Virus record (IMG/VR): IMGVR_UViG_3300033076_001139
Coordinates: 1-64,000 of that record
DNA: 64,000 nt
DNA from: a virus
Lineage: Duplodnaviria; Caudoviricetes
Direction: 5' to 3' (one strand)
The notes below the pieces were generated by a model. That model was not told the origin of the DNA. It did no database searches and worked only from the letters and a program-made list of their open reading frames with translations. Positions 1 through 9,717 of this stretch are shown in pieces; the stretch's first letter is position 1; the number at the start of each line of letters is the position of its first letter. The position numbers were made by a program, and so were the translations under genes.

Positions 1-1284
1 CACAACCCGCTTGCGCTGGGCTGCTACCTTGCACTCCAGAACGCGCAGACGGTTGCGATCTCTGCTGTTGGTGTTGACGAGGCCAACGATGCCGCCCCGT
101 ACGGCACGCTAGACGGCTGGATGCGCGCTCTCGACTACCTTGAGCAGAAGGAGGTCTACACCGTCGCAGCGTTGACGGACGACACCTACGTTCAGGGCCT
201 AGTTGCGGCGCACGTGCAGGCGATGAGCCAGCCGGAGAATCGTGGGGAGCGTATCGCCTTCATCGCGCCACCGTACACTGACCGCGATCCTTCGACCTCG
301 ATTATGTCGGGGCAGAACGGCGCGTCTACGGCAAACGCCAACGAGTTCCTTCTCGACGACAGTCCGCTCGATGAGTTGGTGGCAGCCGGCATCACCGGAC
401 CGGCGATCAGCTACGACGAGCAGCTCTACCTCCAGGTTCTTGTGACGAACGGCGGTGCAACGGAACTTCGTCGCTACAGCGTGTCGAACGTTAACAACAC
501 GCTCCTCACCCTGCGCACGACGTTCACTGCGGCGCAGAACGTGGACGGGTTCTTCAGCACGACCCAGCTCACTGAGGAGCTGGTCGGTGCGGATTACACG
601 CTTCTCGTTCGCGGAGAGCAGCTGCTCATCACGGGTACCACACTCCCTGACCTCGGCGCAATTGCAATTGCGGCTGCGGCAGAGGGCGAGGCCTACGCCA
701 ACCGCCGTGTCTACAGCCTGTTCGGTCGTTCGGTCGATGTATCCATCGACGGCATCACACAGAACGTCCCGATGTTCTACGCAGAAGCCTGTATCGCTGG
801 CATGATCGCGCAGCTCAACCCGCAGCAGCCCTTCACCAACGTGCCCATCACCGGCCTTGGGCGAGTCTACGGCACCGACGACACGTTCTCCGAGAACCAG
901 ATGGACGTTATCGCCGACGGCGGTCGCTACATCCTCGTGAACTTTGGCGGTCGCGTACAGGCTCGTCACTCACGCTCAACGGCAACGACCTCGATTGAGG
1001 CACGCGAGCTTTCGATTACGAAGGCCATCGACTGGCTCACCAAGGTTCTCCGTGCCACGAACCGCGTGTACATTGGCAAGTACGTCATCACTCCGGGCTT
1101 CATTGACCAGCTTACACTGGCAAATGAGGGCGTTCTCCGCAATGCGAAGGCACTTGGTGTTGTGACGGGCGCAGCTCTTACTCAGATCGCGCAGAGTGAG
1201 ACCGAGCCGGACGTTGTCCTCCTTGAGGTTACCGTGCAGCCAGCCTACCCCTGCAACAAGATCAAGATCACCATCGTCACCTGA
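1..1284 (+). CDS. Tail sheath protein, C-terminal part (5'-truncated by window)
   Basis: Frame open from base 1; sheath-like C-terminus (ELSITKAIDW...VLLEVTVQPAYPCNKIKITIV); upstream of tube-like gene. Confidence 0.85.
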   Translation, partial: HNPLALGCYLALQNAQTVAISAVGVDEANDAAPYGTLDGWMRALDYLEQKEVYTVAALTDDTYVQGLVAAHVQAMSQPENRGERIAFIAPPYTDRDPSTSIMSGQNGASTANANEFLLDDSPLDELVAAGITGPAISYDEQLYLQVLVTNGGATELRRYSVSNVNNTLLTLRTTFTAAQNVDGFFSTTQLTEELVGADYTLLVRGEQLLITGTTLPDLGAIAIAAAAEGEAYANRRVYSLFGRSVDVSIDGITQNVPMFYAEACIAGMIAQLNPQQPFTNVPITGLGRVYGTDDTFSENQMDVIADGGRYILVNFGGRVQARHSRSTATTSIEARELSITKAIDWLTKVLRATNRVYIGKYVITPGFIDQLTLANEGVLRNAKALGVVTGAALTQIAQSETEPDVVLLEVTVQPAYPCNKIKITIVT

Positions 1285-1295
1285 GGAGTTTTCAC

Positions 1296-1718
1296 ATGTA
1301 CAACCCCCGTTCCCTCGCAGTTCGTTCAGCCGAGCACTTTGCTACGCTAGTTGAGTCAGTAATCACGCGCCTGCACCGCAAGCACGACGCGCGCTTCCAG
1401 CTCATCGACGAGGCACTCTCAGTGCTAGAGGCTCGCTCCTCTGCCGTGTTCCCAACCATCCGAGCCGCCGATGTACGTTACGTGCAGATCGGCGGAGGCC
1501 CTAACTGGTCAACAACGCTGACGGGTCTAAACCTCGGCGGCACTGTAGTTGCCACCCTCGGCGGAGAGGCACTTACGCTCGGTACCCACACAGCGACCTC
1601 AGTCCAGGTTGGTGCGGCAAAGGCCGATCTCGGGCTAGTCGCGGATACCACCCTGCTGCTTGAGGTCTCGGTGGATGGCGTAGCTTGCGCGCCGATCCCC
1701 CTAGTCGTCATCGCTTAA
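1296..1718 (+). CDS. Hypothetical virion-associated protein
   Basis: GAGGAG RBS; lies between sheath and tube. Confidence 0.7.
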   Translation: MYNPRSLAVRSAEHFATLVESVITRLHRKHDARFQLIDEALSVLEARSSAVFPTIRAADVRYVQIGGGPNWSTTLTGLNLGGTVVATLGGEALTLGTHTATSVQVGAAKADLGLVADTTLLLEVSVDGVACAPIPLVVIA

Positions 1719-1740
1719 TTATCCCTTAGGAAGGTGAAAC

Positions 1741-2445
1741 ATGGCAACCCTTAGCCAGTGGCAGCCTTACGACCAGCAGGTCCAGGCTGGTATGATCGAC
1801 GGCCGCTTCATGTCGGCAGCCTTTACGCTGCTGGCTGCGGGTCCGCCGCGTCTCGCAAACGTCGGTGGCGCAACCGTCGCTGCTGCACTTGTTGGCAGCG
1901 GCAGCACTTCCGAAGATCAGATCGCGTACCCCATCGGGCTCGTGCAGCAGTGGTCTCTCGGCCAGAACATGAACCTCGCTCGGTTCTTCGAGCTTGGTTC
2001 TTCGCGCAGCTACTTCATCCCAGGTCGTACCGTTGGCCAGCTCAGCCTGTCCCGCGTCATGTACCATGGGCCGTCGTTGCTTCGCGTTCTGTACGCGTAC
2101 TACAGCGACGTCATCCCCGACACTGTCGTGCCCCCGATCTTCTCTAACGTTGGTGCCGCAACCGTGGACAACCAACACGACGTGATGATTCCTCCGGGCT
2201 ACGAGAACATCTACATGAACCTCGCGTCGGACCTGTTCTCGCAGCCGATCGGTCTCATGTTGATCATGAAGGACAGCAACGAGGATACCCTCGGTGCGTA
2301 CTACTTCGAGTCCTGCTACATCCCGAGCCACCAGATTGGTACGGACGCGATGGGCGTGGTCATCCAAGAGTCGGTGTCCATTCAGTACGAGCGGGTTATC
2401 CCGATCAATGTAAGCTCTCTCGCGCTGATCACCGGCGTCCTTTAA
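1741..2445 (+). CDS. Putative tail tube protein
   Basis: Follows sheath; IGLVQQWS...FELGS...YFESCYI...IQESVSIQYER pattern of contractile tail tubes. Confidence 0.75.
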   Translation: MATLSQWQPYDQQVQAGMIDGRFMSAAFTLLAAGPPRLANVGGATVAAALVGSGSTSEDQIAYPIGLVQQWSLGQNMNLARFFELGSSRSYFIPGRTVGQLSLSRVMYHGPSLLRVLYAYYSDVIPDTVVPPIFSNVGAATVDNQHDVMIPPGYENIYMNLASDLFSQPIGLMLIMKDSNEDTLGAYYFESCYIPSHQIGTDAMGVVIQESVSIQYERVIPINVSSLALITGVL

Positions 2446-2460
2446 TACTCGGAGCCTAAG

Positions 2461-4362
2461 ATGGGTCCACTGACTTCCTTTCTGCTGTCTCAGCTGTCGG
2501 AGGAGTCAGTGGACCCTCTTCAGTCTAAGCTTGCGGAGAAAACTCTGACGCCAGCAGAGGTAAATCGTCTGGCGGAAGATCTAGTTGCCGAGTGGCAAAC
2601 AGATCCCGAGCTGAAGGCCCGGTCGCTTGCTCTTATCGGCAAGAAGCCGAAAGACGCGATCTCCCATCGAGATCTGGAAATGATGGTGCGCCTGCTCCAC
2701 GCAACGCACTCCAAGGATGCCGGAGTGCTTCCGGAGTTCATGGAAAAGGCAAAACGTGAAGGGTTTGTTGATCCACGCACAGATGACTTCTCTAAAAATC
2801 AGGCATTTGGGCGTGCTGTGGGGATGGGCCTACTGCCTACGTTTGCTGGGGCAGTTTTCACTCCCGTAAACCCGAAGATTGGCGTACCTCTAATTGCTGG
2901 CGGTCTGGGTCTTGGAGCGTTGACCTACAGCCGTAAGCTAAAGAAGTTTAGAGAACTTCAGGAAAAGGGACTAAACCCCGTAACTGGAAAGAAGCACGAT
3001 CCCGCTCGAATTGAGCGTACGCGCCAGCTGGTACAGCGGATTCGCAAGAATAAAAACGACCGCGAGGCGGTTAAGGAAATCGACGCCCAGATATTTGAAG
3101 ATCTGGGCATCAAGCAGGCCGAGGTCGAGTACCACGGCAAGACGTTTCCAGGGTACAACCACCCGGTTCCGTCAGATAAGAAAGAAAAGAAAATGATGGT
3201 CCTTGCAAAGAAGGGCGATCAGGTCAAACTCGTTCACTTTGGGCAGAAGGGCTACCAGCACAACTACAGCCCCGAAGCGAAGCAGAACTACCTGACGCGC
3301 TCCGCGGGTATTCGGAACAAGAGCGGCGAGCTTACGAAGGACGATCCGTTCAGCCCCAACTACTGGGCGCGTAAGGTTCTTTGGCCCAAGGGTAAGACTG
3401 GCGAGGGCAGTAACGGCCCCGTCAAGACGGAGGTTCGCGTGAGTTCAGAGAAGAAAGCCAGCCTTGCAGACTTCCTTGAGAAGCGTGCCGCGCACTTTCA
3501 GGGTTCTGCACATGAGGGGCGGTCAACTGAGGATCTGACAGACGAGCTGTCCCGTGTGCGGCGACAGCTCGCAAACACAAATAGCATGTCCGAGGGCCTG
3601 GCTCCGTGGCAGCACGGATTAGTCGTGGCCGCACCCGCAGCGGTCCTGATGCACCGGCTTACTGGAGGTAACGGTGCCGCGACCCTACTTGCCTCTGGTT
3701 TAGGGGGTGCCGCGGGATTTGGCGCAGGCAAATACGGGTTGGAACGCCGCGAGGCAGCAATAGCACGACTGTTGGTGGAACGCGGGACAGAAAAGACGGT
3801 AAATGAGAAGCGCGCAGCTGAACTATCTGACGCAGCACGAGAGAAAATCCCTGCTAGCGAGTTTGCTGTCTCCAAGCGTCTTGCCAAGAAATCAGGCGAC
3901 GAAGTACGCGCAGGCGAGGAGGGCAAGTACCCCATCCCCGACCGTGCACACGCCCGCAACGCTCTTGCCCGCGTTGCGCAGCACGGTACGCCGGCTGAGG
4001 TTGCAGCCGTGAAGGCAAAGGTCAAGAAGGCCTTCCCCGATATCGCTGTGGACGGTGAGAAGAAGGCGTCACTCTTTGACGCGATTGCTGCTCGTAAGGA
4101 AAATGAGAGGTGGGCGGCTTCGGCTAAGCTTGCCGCAGACGACAATTTCGGTCACGGAGCTGAGCTGGCGGGACTGGGAATTCTTGCTGTGCCCGCCGCT
4201 GCTTCGGTAATCGGCAAGAAGTTCAAGATGCCCGCCCTTCATCGTTTTGGGGAGCGTGACGCCGTCAAGCACACAACCGAGCTTGTAGGTCTCGGAACGC
4301 TAGCGGCGCCTTCTGTCTCGCACTTTATGAAGAAGAAGCCTGCGACCCCGGGGCAGCAGTAA
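2461..4362 (+). CDS. Multidomain basic protein, putative internal head polyprotein (VHFGQKGY..NYWARKVLW domain; YPIPDRAHARNALARV DUF6582-like domain)
   Basis: 633-aa ORF; recognisable small phage domains separated by K-x-A motifs. Confidence 0.6.
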   Translation: MGPLTSFLLSQLSEESVDPLQSKLAEKTLTPAEVNRLAEDLVAEWQTDPELKARSLALIGKKPKDAISHRDLEMMVRLLHATHSKDAGVLPEFMEKAKREGFVDPRTDDFSKNQAFGRAVGMGLLPTFAGAVFTPVNPKIGVPLIAGGLGLGALTYSRKLKKFRELQEKGLNPVTGKKHDPARIERTRQLVQRIRKNKNDREAVKEIDAQIFEDLGIKQAEVEYHGKTFPGYNHPVPSDKKEKKMMVLAKKGDQVKLVHFGQKGYQHNYSPEAKQNYLTRSAGIRNKSGELTKDDPFSPNYWARKVLWPKGKTGEGSNGPVKTEVRVSSEKKASLADFLEKRAAHFQGSAHEGRSTEDLTDELSRVRRQLANTNSMSEGLAPWQHGLVVAAPAAVLMHRLTGGNGAATLLASGLGGAAGFGAGKYGLERREAAIARLLVERGTEKTVNEKRAAELSDAAREKIPASEFAVSKRLAKKSGDEVRAGEEGKYPIPDRAHARNALARVAQHGTPAEVAAVKAKVKKAFPDIAVDGEKKASLFDAIAARKENERWAASAKLAADDNFGHGAELAGLGILAVPAAASVIGKKFKMPALHRFGERDAVKHTTELVGLGTLAAPSVSHFMKKKPATPGQQ

Positions 4363-4574
4363 TGCTCTCAACAGCTCTCCTTGCTGCTTTTACTTCCGAG
4401 CTGGAGAAAATTGCCGGCCGACCAAAGAGCATGGTTTCGCATACTCTGAAAATGTTGCAGCAGCATGAGAGCGGTAAGAATATCGGCGCAACAGCGCGTG
4501 CGCGCCTAAAGGCACGTGGACTTATTCCGCGTGCCGATGGCACTAAGCGAACTGGTAAATTGGGGAAGTCATGA
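4362..4574 (+). CDS. Small basic protein with AFxxELEKIA leader
   Basis: TAATG coupling with upstream gene; leader motif. Confidence 0.7.
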   Translation: MLSTALLAAFTSELEKIAGRPKSMVSHTLKMLQQHESGKNIGATARARLKARGLIPRADGTKRTGKLGKS

Positions 4575-5020
4575 CCTCTGCGCTCTTTACTGCGTTCTTC
4601 TCTGAGCTGGAAAAGCTTGCAGAAGAGGGGACCGCCACAAAGACTGACCCCGGTCTTTGGGAGCGTATGAAAGCTAAAGCAAAGGCCAAGATGGGCGGCA
4701 AGCATTCTGCCCGTGCCATGCAGCTTGCGACCAAGCTGTACAAGGATGAGGGTGGCGGCTACTCGGGCAAGAAGCCGTCTGCCTCCTCAAACAAGATGGT
4801 CAAGTGGACAAAGCAAGATTGGCAGACTCGCCCTGGTACGCCTGAGCGAGCAGAGCGCCCCTCGGGCCACACGGCTCGCTACCTCCCCAAAAAGAAGTGG
4901 GAGTCCCTCGACAAAGAAGAGCAAGTAGCCACGGATCGTAAGAAGCTACGCTCCTCTTCTCAGTTCGTGGATAATACTCCCGAAGCAAAGGTGCGGGGCG
5001 ATGCTAAGTACCATGACTGA
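4571..5020 (+). CDS. Basic protein with AFFSELEKLA leader and DUF5872-like domain
   Basis: SARAMQLATKLYKDEGGGY...KWTKQDWQT...RYLPKKKW motif; ATGA overlap. Confidence 0.7.
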   Translation: MTSALFTAFFSELEKLAEEGTATKTDPGLWERMKAKAKAKMGGKHSARAMQLATKLYKDEGGGYSGKKPSASSNKMVKWTKQDWQTRPGTPERAERPSGHTARYLPKKKWESLDKEEQVATDRKKLRSSSQFVDNTPEAKVRGDAKYHD

Positions 5021-5396
5021 CATCTACACCGCATTCTTCTCAGAACTAGAGAAGCTGGCAGAGATCATGCCTGCGCCATCTGAGCACATCAAGCGCACGG
5101 CAGGATCTCCCGTTCCCCGTGGACCGCGCATGAAGGCCGGCGGCCGCGTCGGAACCTCAACGGCTCATCCATTCTCGGGCAACAAAGCAAAGGTAGCGAG
5201 TATCGCACCGTTAGTCGCAGGTGCCGCACTAGGTGCTGGCACCGTCGGGGCGTACCGTACGTTTAAAGAGCCGGCGATGGACTACCTTAGCCACGAGCCA
5301 GAGGCCCGCCTAGCCCGCCCTATTACCCCTTCTCGGACTCGGTATATGGCTCTTCAGAACCCGCTCGGTCCTCTAATGCCAAGACGAGACGGGTAG
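5013..5396 (+). CDS. Protein with AFFSELEKLA leader
   Basis: MTDIYTAFFSELEKLA; start placed at ATG 5013. Confidence 0.65.
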   Translation: MTDIYTAFFSELEKLAEIMPAPSEHIKRTAGSPVPRGPRMKAGGRVGTSTAHPFSGNKAKVASIAPLVAGAALGAGTVGAYRTFKEPAMDYLSHEPEARLARPITPSRTRYMALQNPLGPLMPRRDG

Positions 5397-5616
5397 TTCT
5401 ACTGCCAGTGTCGGCCTGTAAGAACTTGCGGCGCAGAGGATCTAAGGGACGTCCCGGATCTTCTGGGTCGTACACGCCCTCATCCTGTATGGCAAGGTCA
5501 AGCAGCGCGTGTAGCACGTCCTGGCCCGTGACCTTGACCCCTTTTCTATTTGAGAGCTTGCGCGCAGTCCGCTCTAGGTAGGCGGAGTGTTTTGGTAGTA
5601 GCTTTGCTAGTGCCAT
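5323..5616 (-). CDS. Hypothetical protein, possibly small DNA-binding
   Basis: Last gene of minus-strand operon; overlaps upstream stop. Confidence 0.55.
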   Translation of the reverse strand: MALAKLLPKHSAYLERTARKLSNRKGVKVTGQDVLHALLDLAIQDEGVYDPEDPGRPLDPLRRKFLQADTGSRTTRLVLALEDRAGSEEPYTESEKG

Positions 5617-6014
5617 TCGGGCTTAGGCTTTTTGGCGCGGGCAGGAAGTTCCGGTAGTTCGTCAGCGCCGTCAACTTCACTGACGAGTCCGTGTAGTTCC
5701 TCGGCAGTGCACTCATCCGATATGTCGGTGATCATGCCATGGAGCATCCCAAGAGTTGCTTCGGGACCTAAACCAAAAAATGGGTTGGCAATCTCTAGCA
5801 TGGTGCGGGCAAGCCCGAAGAGGACCTGGCGTGTCTTCTCCATGAAGACCCAGACTTCCTCTTCGGGCGTTACCCGCGACAACACGACCGTATGTGACTC
5901 CTCATCTTCTTTTTGCGGATCGACGAGCATGACAAACGCATACGCGTTCACGTCATACTTCTTAACTAGGATGTCGAATTCCTTTCGGAAGCTGTGGTAG
6001 TCACGTTCGATCAT
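5607..6014 (-). CDS. Hypothetical protein
   Basis: Abuts stop of VWA gene. Confidence 0.65.
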   Translation of the reverse strand: MIERDYHSFRKEFDILVKKYDVNAYAFVMLVDPQKEDEESHTVVLSRVTPEEEVWVFMEKTRQVLFGLARTMLEIANPFFGLGPEATLGMLHGMITDISDECTAEELHGLVSEVDGADELPELPARAKKPKPEWH

Positions 6015-7856
6015 TTACCTGCAAGACCTCAGAATATGGGATTCGACCAGAACCTTACAGGTTTCCGGCAACGCATCCAACATATCCGAAAGTCCGGCGA
6101 CAAGCCCGTAGTTGCCTGCCCCAAAGGTATCGTCGTACAGCTTGGCGCTGCTCTTCGACCCAATAGCAAGCACGGACAATACGATTTTGTCCTGGCGCAT
6201 TTCCTCAAGCAGGTTTGCCAAATCTTTGTTGGGATTTCCTGTGGAGTCGTGCGCACGACACGTCGTGGGAAGGCCGTCAGTCATCAATACGACAGCGCGA
6301 GAGGTCTTTGCGCTCGACGCCCAGTGCTGTGCAACCTCAATTGCCTGCACCATACTCGTGCCGCACATCGAAACGCCCTTCGCATCGCGCGGGCTTCCGA
6401 CCTTGGGGAACATAAAAAGCTCATCCGAGAAGCCCCAAAGCTCCAGGCGCACGCGCTGATCCGCGCAGGCAAAGTTCACGTCCGCAAGGGCCTGTTCGAC
6501 CATCTGCACGCCGGTGCCGTGCATGGAGCCAGAGAGATCCACGAGCAGGAGAAGGTCGAGACCGCCTTCCATCTTCTTCTTTTCGAAGATGTTGGCCTCG
6601 TCCAGCTCGTTGTTCATCTTCGCTTCGATAAGGGCCTCGATATCAATATCGTCGCCTTCCTCCGCAAGACGGCGACGCACCTTCATGCGAACCTTGTCGA
6701 GATGTGCCTTGGCGCGCATCGCTGCTTCGGTAGGCTTCGGCAGTTCGCGTGTTGGCTGCACCTTGCGGCTGTGGATCCCAGCACGCTTGATGGCAGCCTG
6801 CATCGCAGTTTCCTGCTTCTGCTCCTCGGACTTCTTTGGAAGGCTCATCGCCATCCGTGCGTGCTCAATCTTGTCTTCCATCTGCTGCGCGCCCGCCTCG
6901 ATGAGTGAGGCGAAGGAGGACTTTCCATCGCCGGCGTCATCGTCGTTGCGTGCAGTCATGATGCGGGTGACCTGATTGCGCTGCGCAGCCGTCAGCTCTT
7001 GCTTCTTGTCTCCGTGAGAGACATCACCTGAGCCAAGACCATTTTCGTCGTCCGGGTCAATTGCACCCGACATGTTCCCGCAGGCACCGAGCAGCTGGTC
7101 GATTTTCTGCTGGGCCTGCTGCTGCGGATTTGGGGGCGGCTGGTTGGGATCCGGAGGCGGAACATCCTCCAGCAGCTCATCGATAATGTCGTCAATGAGT
7201 CGACGCGTAATGGCCAGGGCCGATGCCGCATCAACTCCCTCGACTAAGTTCAGAGCACGCTGCATGTGCGGCTTACATCGCTTGAACCGATCCGGCGCGT
7301 TCGGAGTATCCACGCTCGCCGCACAGCGGCCAAGGTACTCCAGCAGCTCCTTCTCCGCCGCCTCTTCCCGCTCGTACGCGGAGATGTCGTGCCACCGCTG
7401 CTTCAGCAGGCGTCCGCCTTCTGGGTAGAGCTGTGCCCACAGACCACAGCAGCGGTAGTCCTCAAGCACATTCCAGAGATACTGGAAGGTCATCTCAAGG
7501 CGAGACTTTTGCGGACCACAGTTGGGATCCGTGATGGCCCAGCCTGCGCGGTGCATCATCCGCTCCACGGTCTTCGTACGGCAGTCCTCCATGAGGGGGA
7601 GGTTCGTACTGAAGAGCACATGGCTCAACTCGTGCTCCACAACGAGGTAACCCTCGGGGTGGTGCAGCGGCGCACGGATAAATGTCCGACAGTCCGTTGC
7701 GCCGCTGGGGGCCTTGATCAGCTTCAGCGGTACTTCAACGATGTCAGAGAAGACTTCCACAAGAGCCTGCGAGCGCTTGGTGACGTAGTCCTCATCACCC
7801 GTCATCGCCCCAAGAGGCAGAGGAGGCCTGCCTCCCTGAGATAATGGATTGATCAT
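6015..7856 (-). CDS. CobT-like VWA protein with N-terminal HExxH domain
   Basis: EHELSH...NVLEDYR; MIDAS DLSGS...T...TDG; adjacent AAA gene. Confidence 0.85.
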   Translation of the reverse strand: MINPLSQGGRPPLPLGAMTGDEDYVTKRSQALVEVFSDIVEVPLKLIKAPSGATDCRTFIRAPLHHPEGYLVVEHELSHVLFSTNLPLMEDCRTKTVERMMHRAGWAITDPNCGPQKSRLEMTFQYLWNVLEDYRCCGLWAQLYPEGGRLLKQRWHDISAYEREEAAEKELLEYLGRCAASVDTPNAPDRFKRCKPHMQRALNLVEGVDAASALAITRRLIDDIIDELLEDVPPPDPNQPPPNPQQQAQQKIDQLLGACGNMSGAIDPDDENGLGSGDVSHGDKKQELTAAQRNQVTRIMTARNDDDAGDGKSSFASLIEAGAQQMEDKIEHARMAMSLPKKSEEQKQETAMQAAIKRAGIHSRKVQPTRELPKPTEAAMRAKAHLDKVRMKVRRRLAEEGDDIDIEALIEAKMNNELDEANIFEKKKMEGGLDLLLLVDLSGSMHGTGVQMVEQALADVNFACADQRVRLELWGFSDELFMFPKVGSPRDAKGVSMCGTSMVQAIEVAQHWASSAKTSRAVVLMTDGLPTTCRAHDSTGNPNKDLANLLEEMRQDKIVLSVLAIGSKSSAKLYDDTFGAGNYGLVAGLSDMLDALPETCKVLVESHILRSCR

Positions 7857-8713
7857 CCGTAGAGCTTAACGACGTTGAGGTTGACGCCAAAGCCGCTCTG
7901 GACACGGGCACGGAACGAGTTGATGTGCTCGCCCTCGTACTTGCCCTCAAGGAGCTTGAGGGCACGGTCGCGATCAAGCGACAGCATGTTCTTCACGAAC
8001 TGCACAAGGTCGCGAGTAGAGAGGGCGTAGCCCATACGCTCAGAGCGCGTCTCCTTTGCGATGTTCATGATTTTGTCAATCTCCTGCTTCTCCTTAGCAG
8101 AGGGAGGAGTTGGGAACTGCGAAATGAGCAGCGCACGCTCGTCATCTGCGCCCATGTAGTTCACTTCGATGAACTCGAAACGAGAACGGAAGTCCTCATT
8201 CAGAGAGTACGTGCCTGCGTAGTTGGGGTTCATCGTGCCGACGACCCACAGCAGCGCACCTTCGCGCAGGTTGAAAACGCGTCCGACCTTCGGCAGGGAG
8301 ACAGCCTTGCGGTAGTCGCACAGCGGGTTGAGGATCTTCTGCGTCATCGGCGGAAGGGTGTTGATTTCTTCCAGCACGAGGATGCACGACCCGACCTCGT
8401 TCGCCACGTCAATGGCCGCCGTGACGGAGCCCATCTGGAAGAACACGTCACCTCCCTGCGCGGAGTACGTGCCCAGCAGGTCTCGGACGCTCGTCTCCTC
8501 ACAGCACTCCTGGCGGAGCAGCGGGATTGCGTTGACGGCAGCAAGCTGTTCAAAGGACATCGTCTTGCCTGCTCCCTTCGGACCCTTGAGGATCAGGTTG
8601 GGGCCAAACATCAGGTCGTTCAACGTCTTCAGCAAGCCAGTGTCCACAAAGTCCTTCTGTGCCTTCGGCGTCAATTCTTCAGTGGGAATACGTCGAAAGT
8701 CGACCTTGGACAT
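7853..8713 (-). CDS. MoxR/CbbQ/CobS-like AAA+ ATPase
   Basis: Walker A GPKGAGKT, Walker B LVLEEIN, TMNP, FRSRF, STRDL; GGAGG 7 nt before ATG 8713. Confidence 0.9.
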   Translation of the reverse strand: MSKVDFRRIPTEELTPKAQKDFVDTGLLKTLNDLMFGPNLILKGPKGAGKTMSFEQLAAVNAIPLLRQECCEETSVRDLLGTYSAQGGDVFFQMGSVTAAIDVANEVGSCILVLEEINTLPPMTQKILNPLCDYRKAVSLPKVGRVFNLREGALLWVVGTMNPNYAGTYSLNEDFRSRFEFIEVNYMGADDERALLISQFPTPPSAKEKQEIDKIMNIAKETRSERMGYALSTRDLVQFVKNMLSLDRDRALKLLEGKYEGEHINSFRARVQSGFGVNLNVVKLYG

Positions 8714-8804
8714 GCACATGCCTCCTATGGTTAGTGCAAATGCTTGTGACAAACTTGCAGTCTTTCTTCACCTACGCTATGCGTAGTGCACGGAGGCCGA
8801 CGAC

Positions 8805-9005
8805 ATGCTGAGCAAGTTAGAAAAGGCGGAGCAGTACGTCTTCGTCACCGTACTTACTGAAGACGGACATGAGGAGAAGTGGCTGCTCACGGATAGTGAC
8901 CGTGAGCGGGTTCGTACCCGTGCGCTGAACTTCATGCTGCGCGGCGGCACTCTTGTTCGAAAGGTCTCTTTCCTTGAGTCCCTCTTGCGGCTGGTAGGTA
9001 AGTGA
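8805..9005 (+). CDS. Hypothetical protein
   Basis: GGAGG RBS. Confidence 0.6.
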   Translation: MLSKLEKAEQYVFVTVLTEDGHEEKWLLTDSDRERVRTRALNFMLRGGTLVRKVSFLESLLRLVGK

Positions 9006-9289
9006 TGACTGACGACTCCGAGAAGGAAGTCATTGACGTCGCGGGCGAGGGCCCTGAAGAAGTTGTGAATGTTATTGGCGGCGCAGCCCTTACGGCCCTG
9101 TCGTACGCGGGTGTTGCCATCCTGGTTCGTAGTCCCGCAGGCAACATTACGCTTTTGCACCCGCGCATCTTTGCAGCTATTCCTGATGAGGTCCTTGCAG
9201 GAGAACTGCTGACTTGTTGGGAAGAGGCCGACGTTGAAGCTTTTTTCGCTGCCAAGTTTTCCGCAGCGGGGGCGGTCGGTGAGGAATAA
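9002..9289 (+). CDS. Hypothetical protein
   Basis: Overlapping start/stop with upstream ORF. Confidence 0.6.
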   Translation: MMTDDSEKEVIDVAGEGPEEVVNVIGGAALTALSYAGVAILVRSPAGNITLLHPRIFAAIPDEVLAGELLTCWEEADVEAFFAAKFSAAGAVGEE

Positions 9290-9647
9290 CGTCATTCCCC
9301 TAGCGTCCCGTCAGCCGTCTCTGCGGCGCAGCGAGGACTGGGGACCGGCGGAAGGGAAGCAGCCTATCTACTCTCCCGGCTTTGTAGACCTCGGGGAGTT
9401 TTGCTCTCTGGCCTGTGCAGCTACGTTGCAGTGGGTCGCGCGCCACGGCTCTACAGATGAGTTCCCAAGAAGTGTTAGAGAAGGCCTTGAGCGATGGATG
9501 CACGATAGTATTCGTGGCATCTCCCACGTTTACATCTCTACGACAGGGTACGTCAGCATCGAGGCAAAAGATGACTGGGCAACCTTTCGTTACGAAGTGA
9601 CCTTGAACCCCGAGTGGCTACGCAGCGGGTTTGGGGCGTTGAAATAA
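9234..9647 (+). CDS. Hypothetical protein (start probably GTG near 9279)
   Basis: Operon context. Confidence 0.5.
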   Translation: MKLFSLPSFPQRGRSVRNNVIPLASRQPSLRRSEDWGPAEGKQPIYSPGFVDLGEFCSLACAATLQWVARHGSTDEFPRSVREGLERWMHDSIRGISHVYISTTGYVSIEAKDDWATFRYEVTLNPEWLRSGFGALK

Positions 9648-9717
9648 AAGTCTTGTCGAACCTGCTACAAGGCACTGTCCTCCCTGCTCATAGGTAGGAC
9701 TTCACGCACAAGGACAC

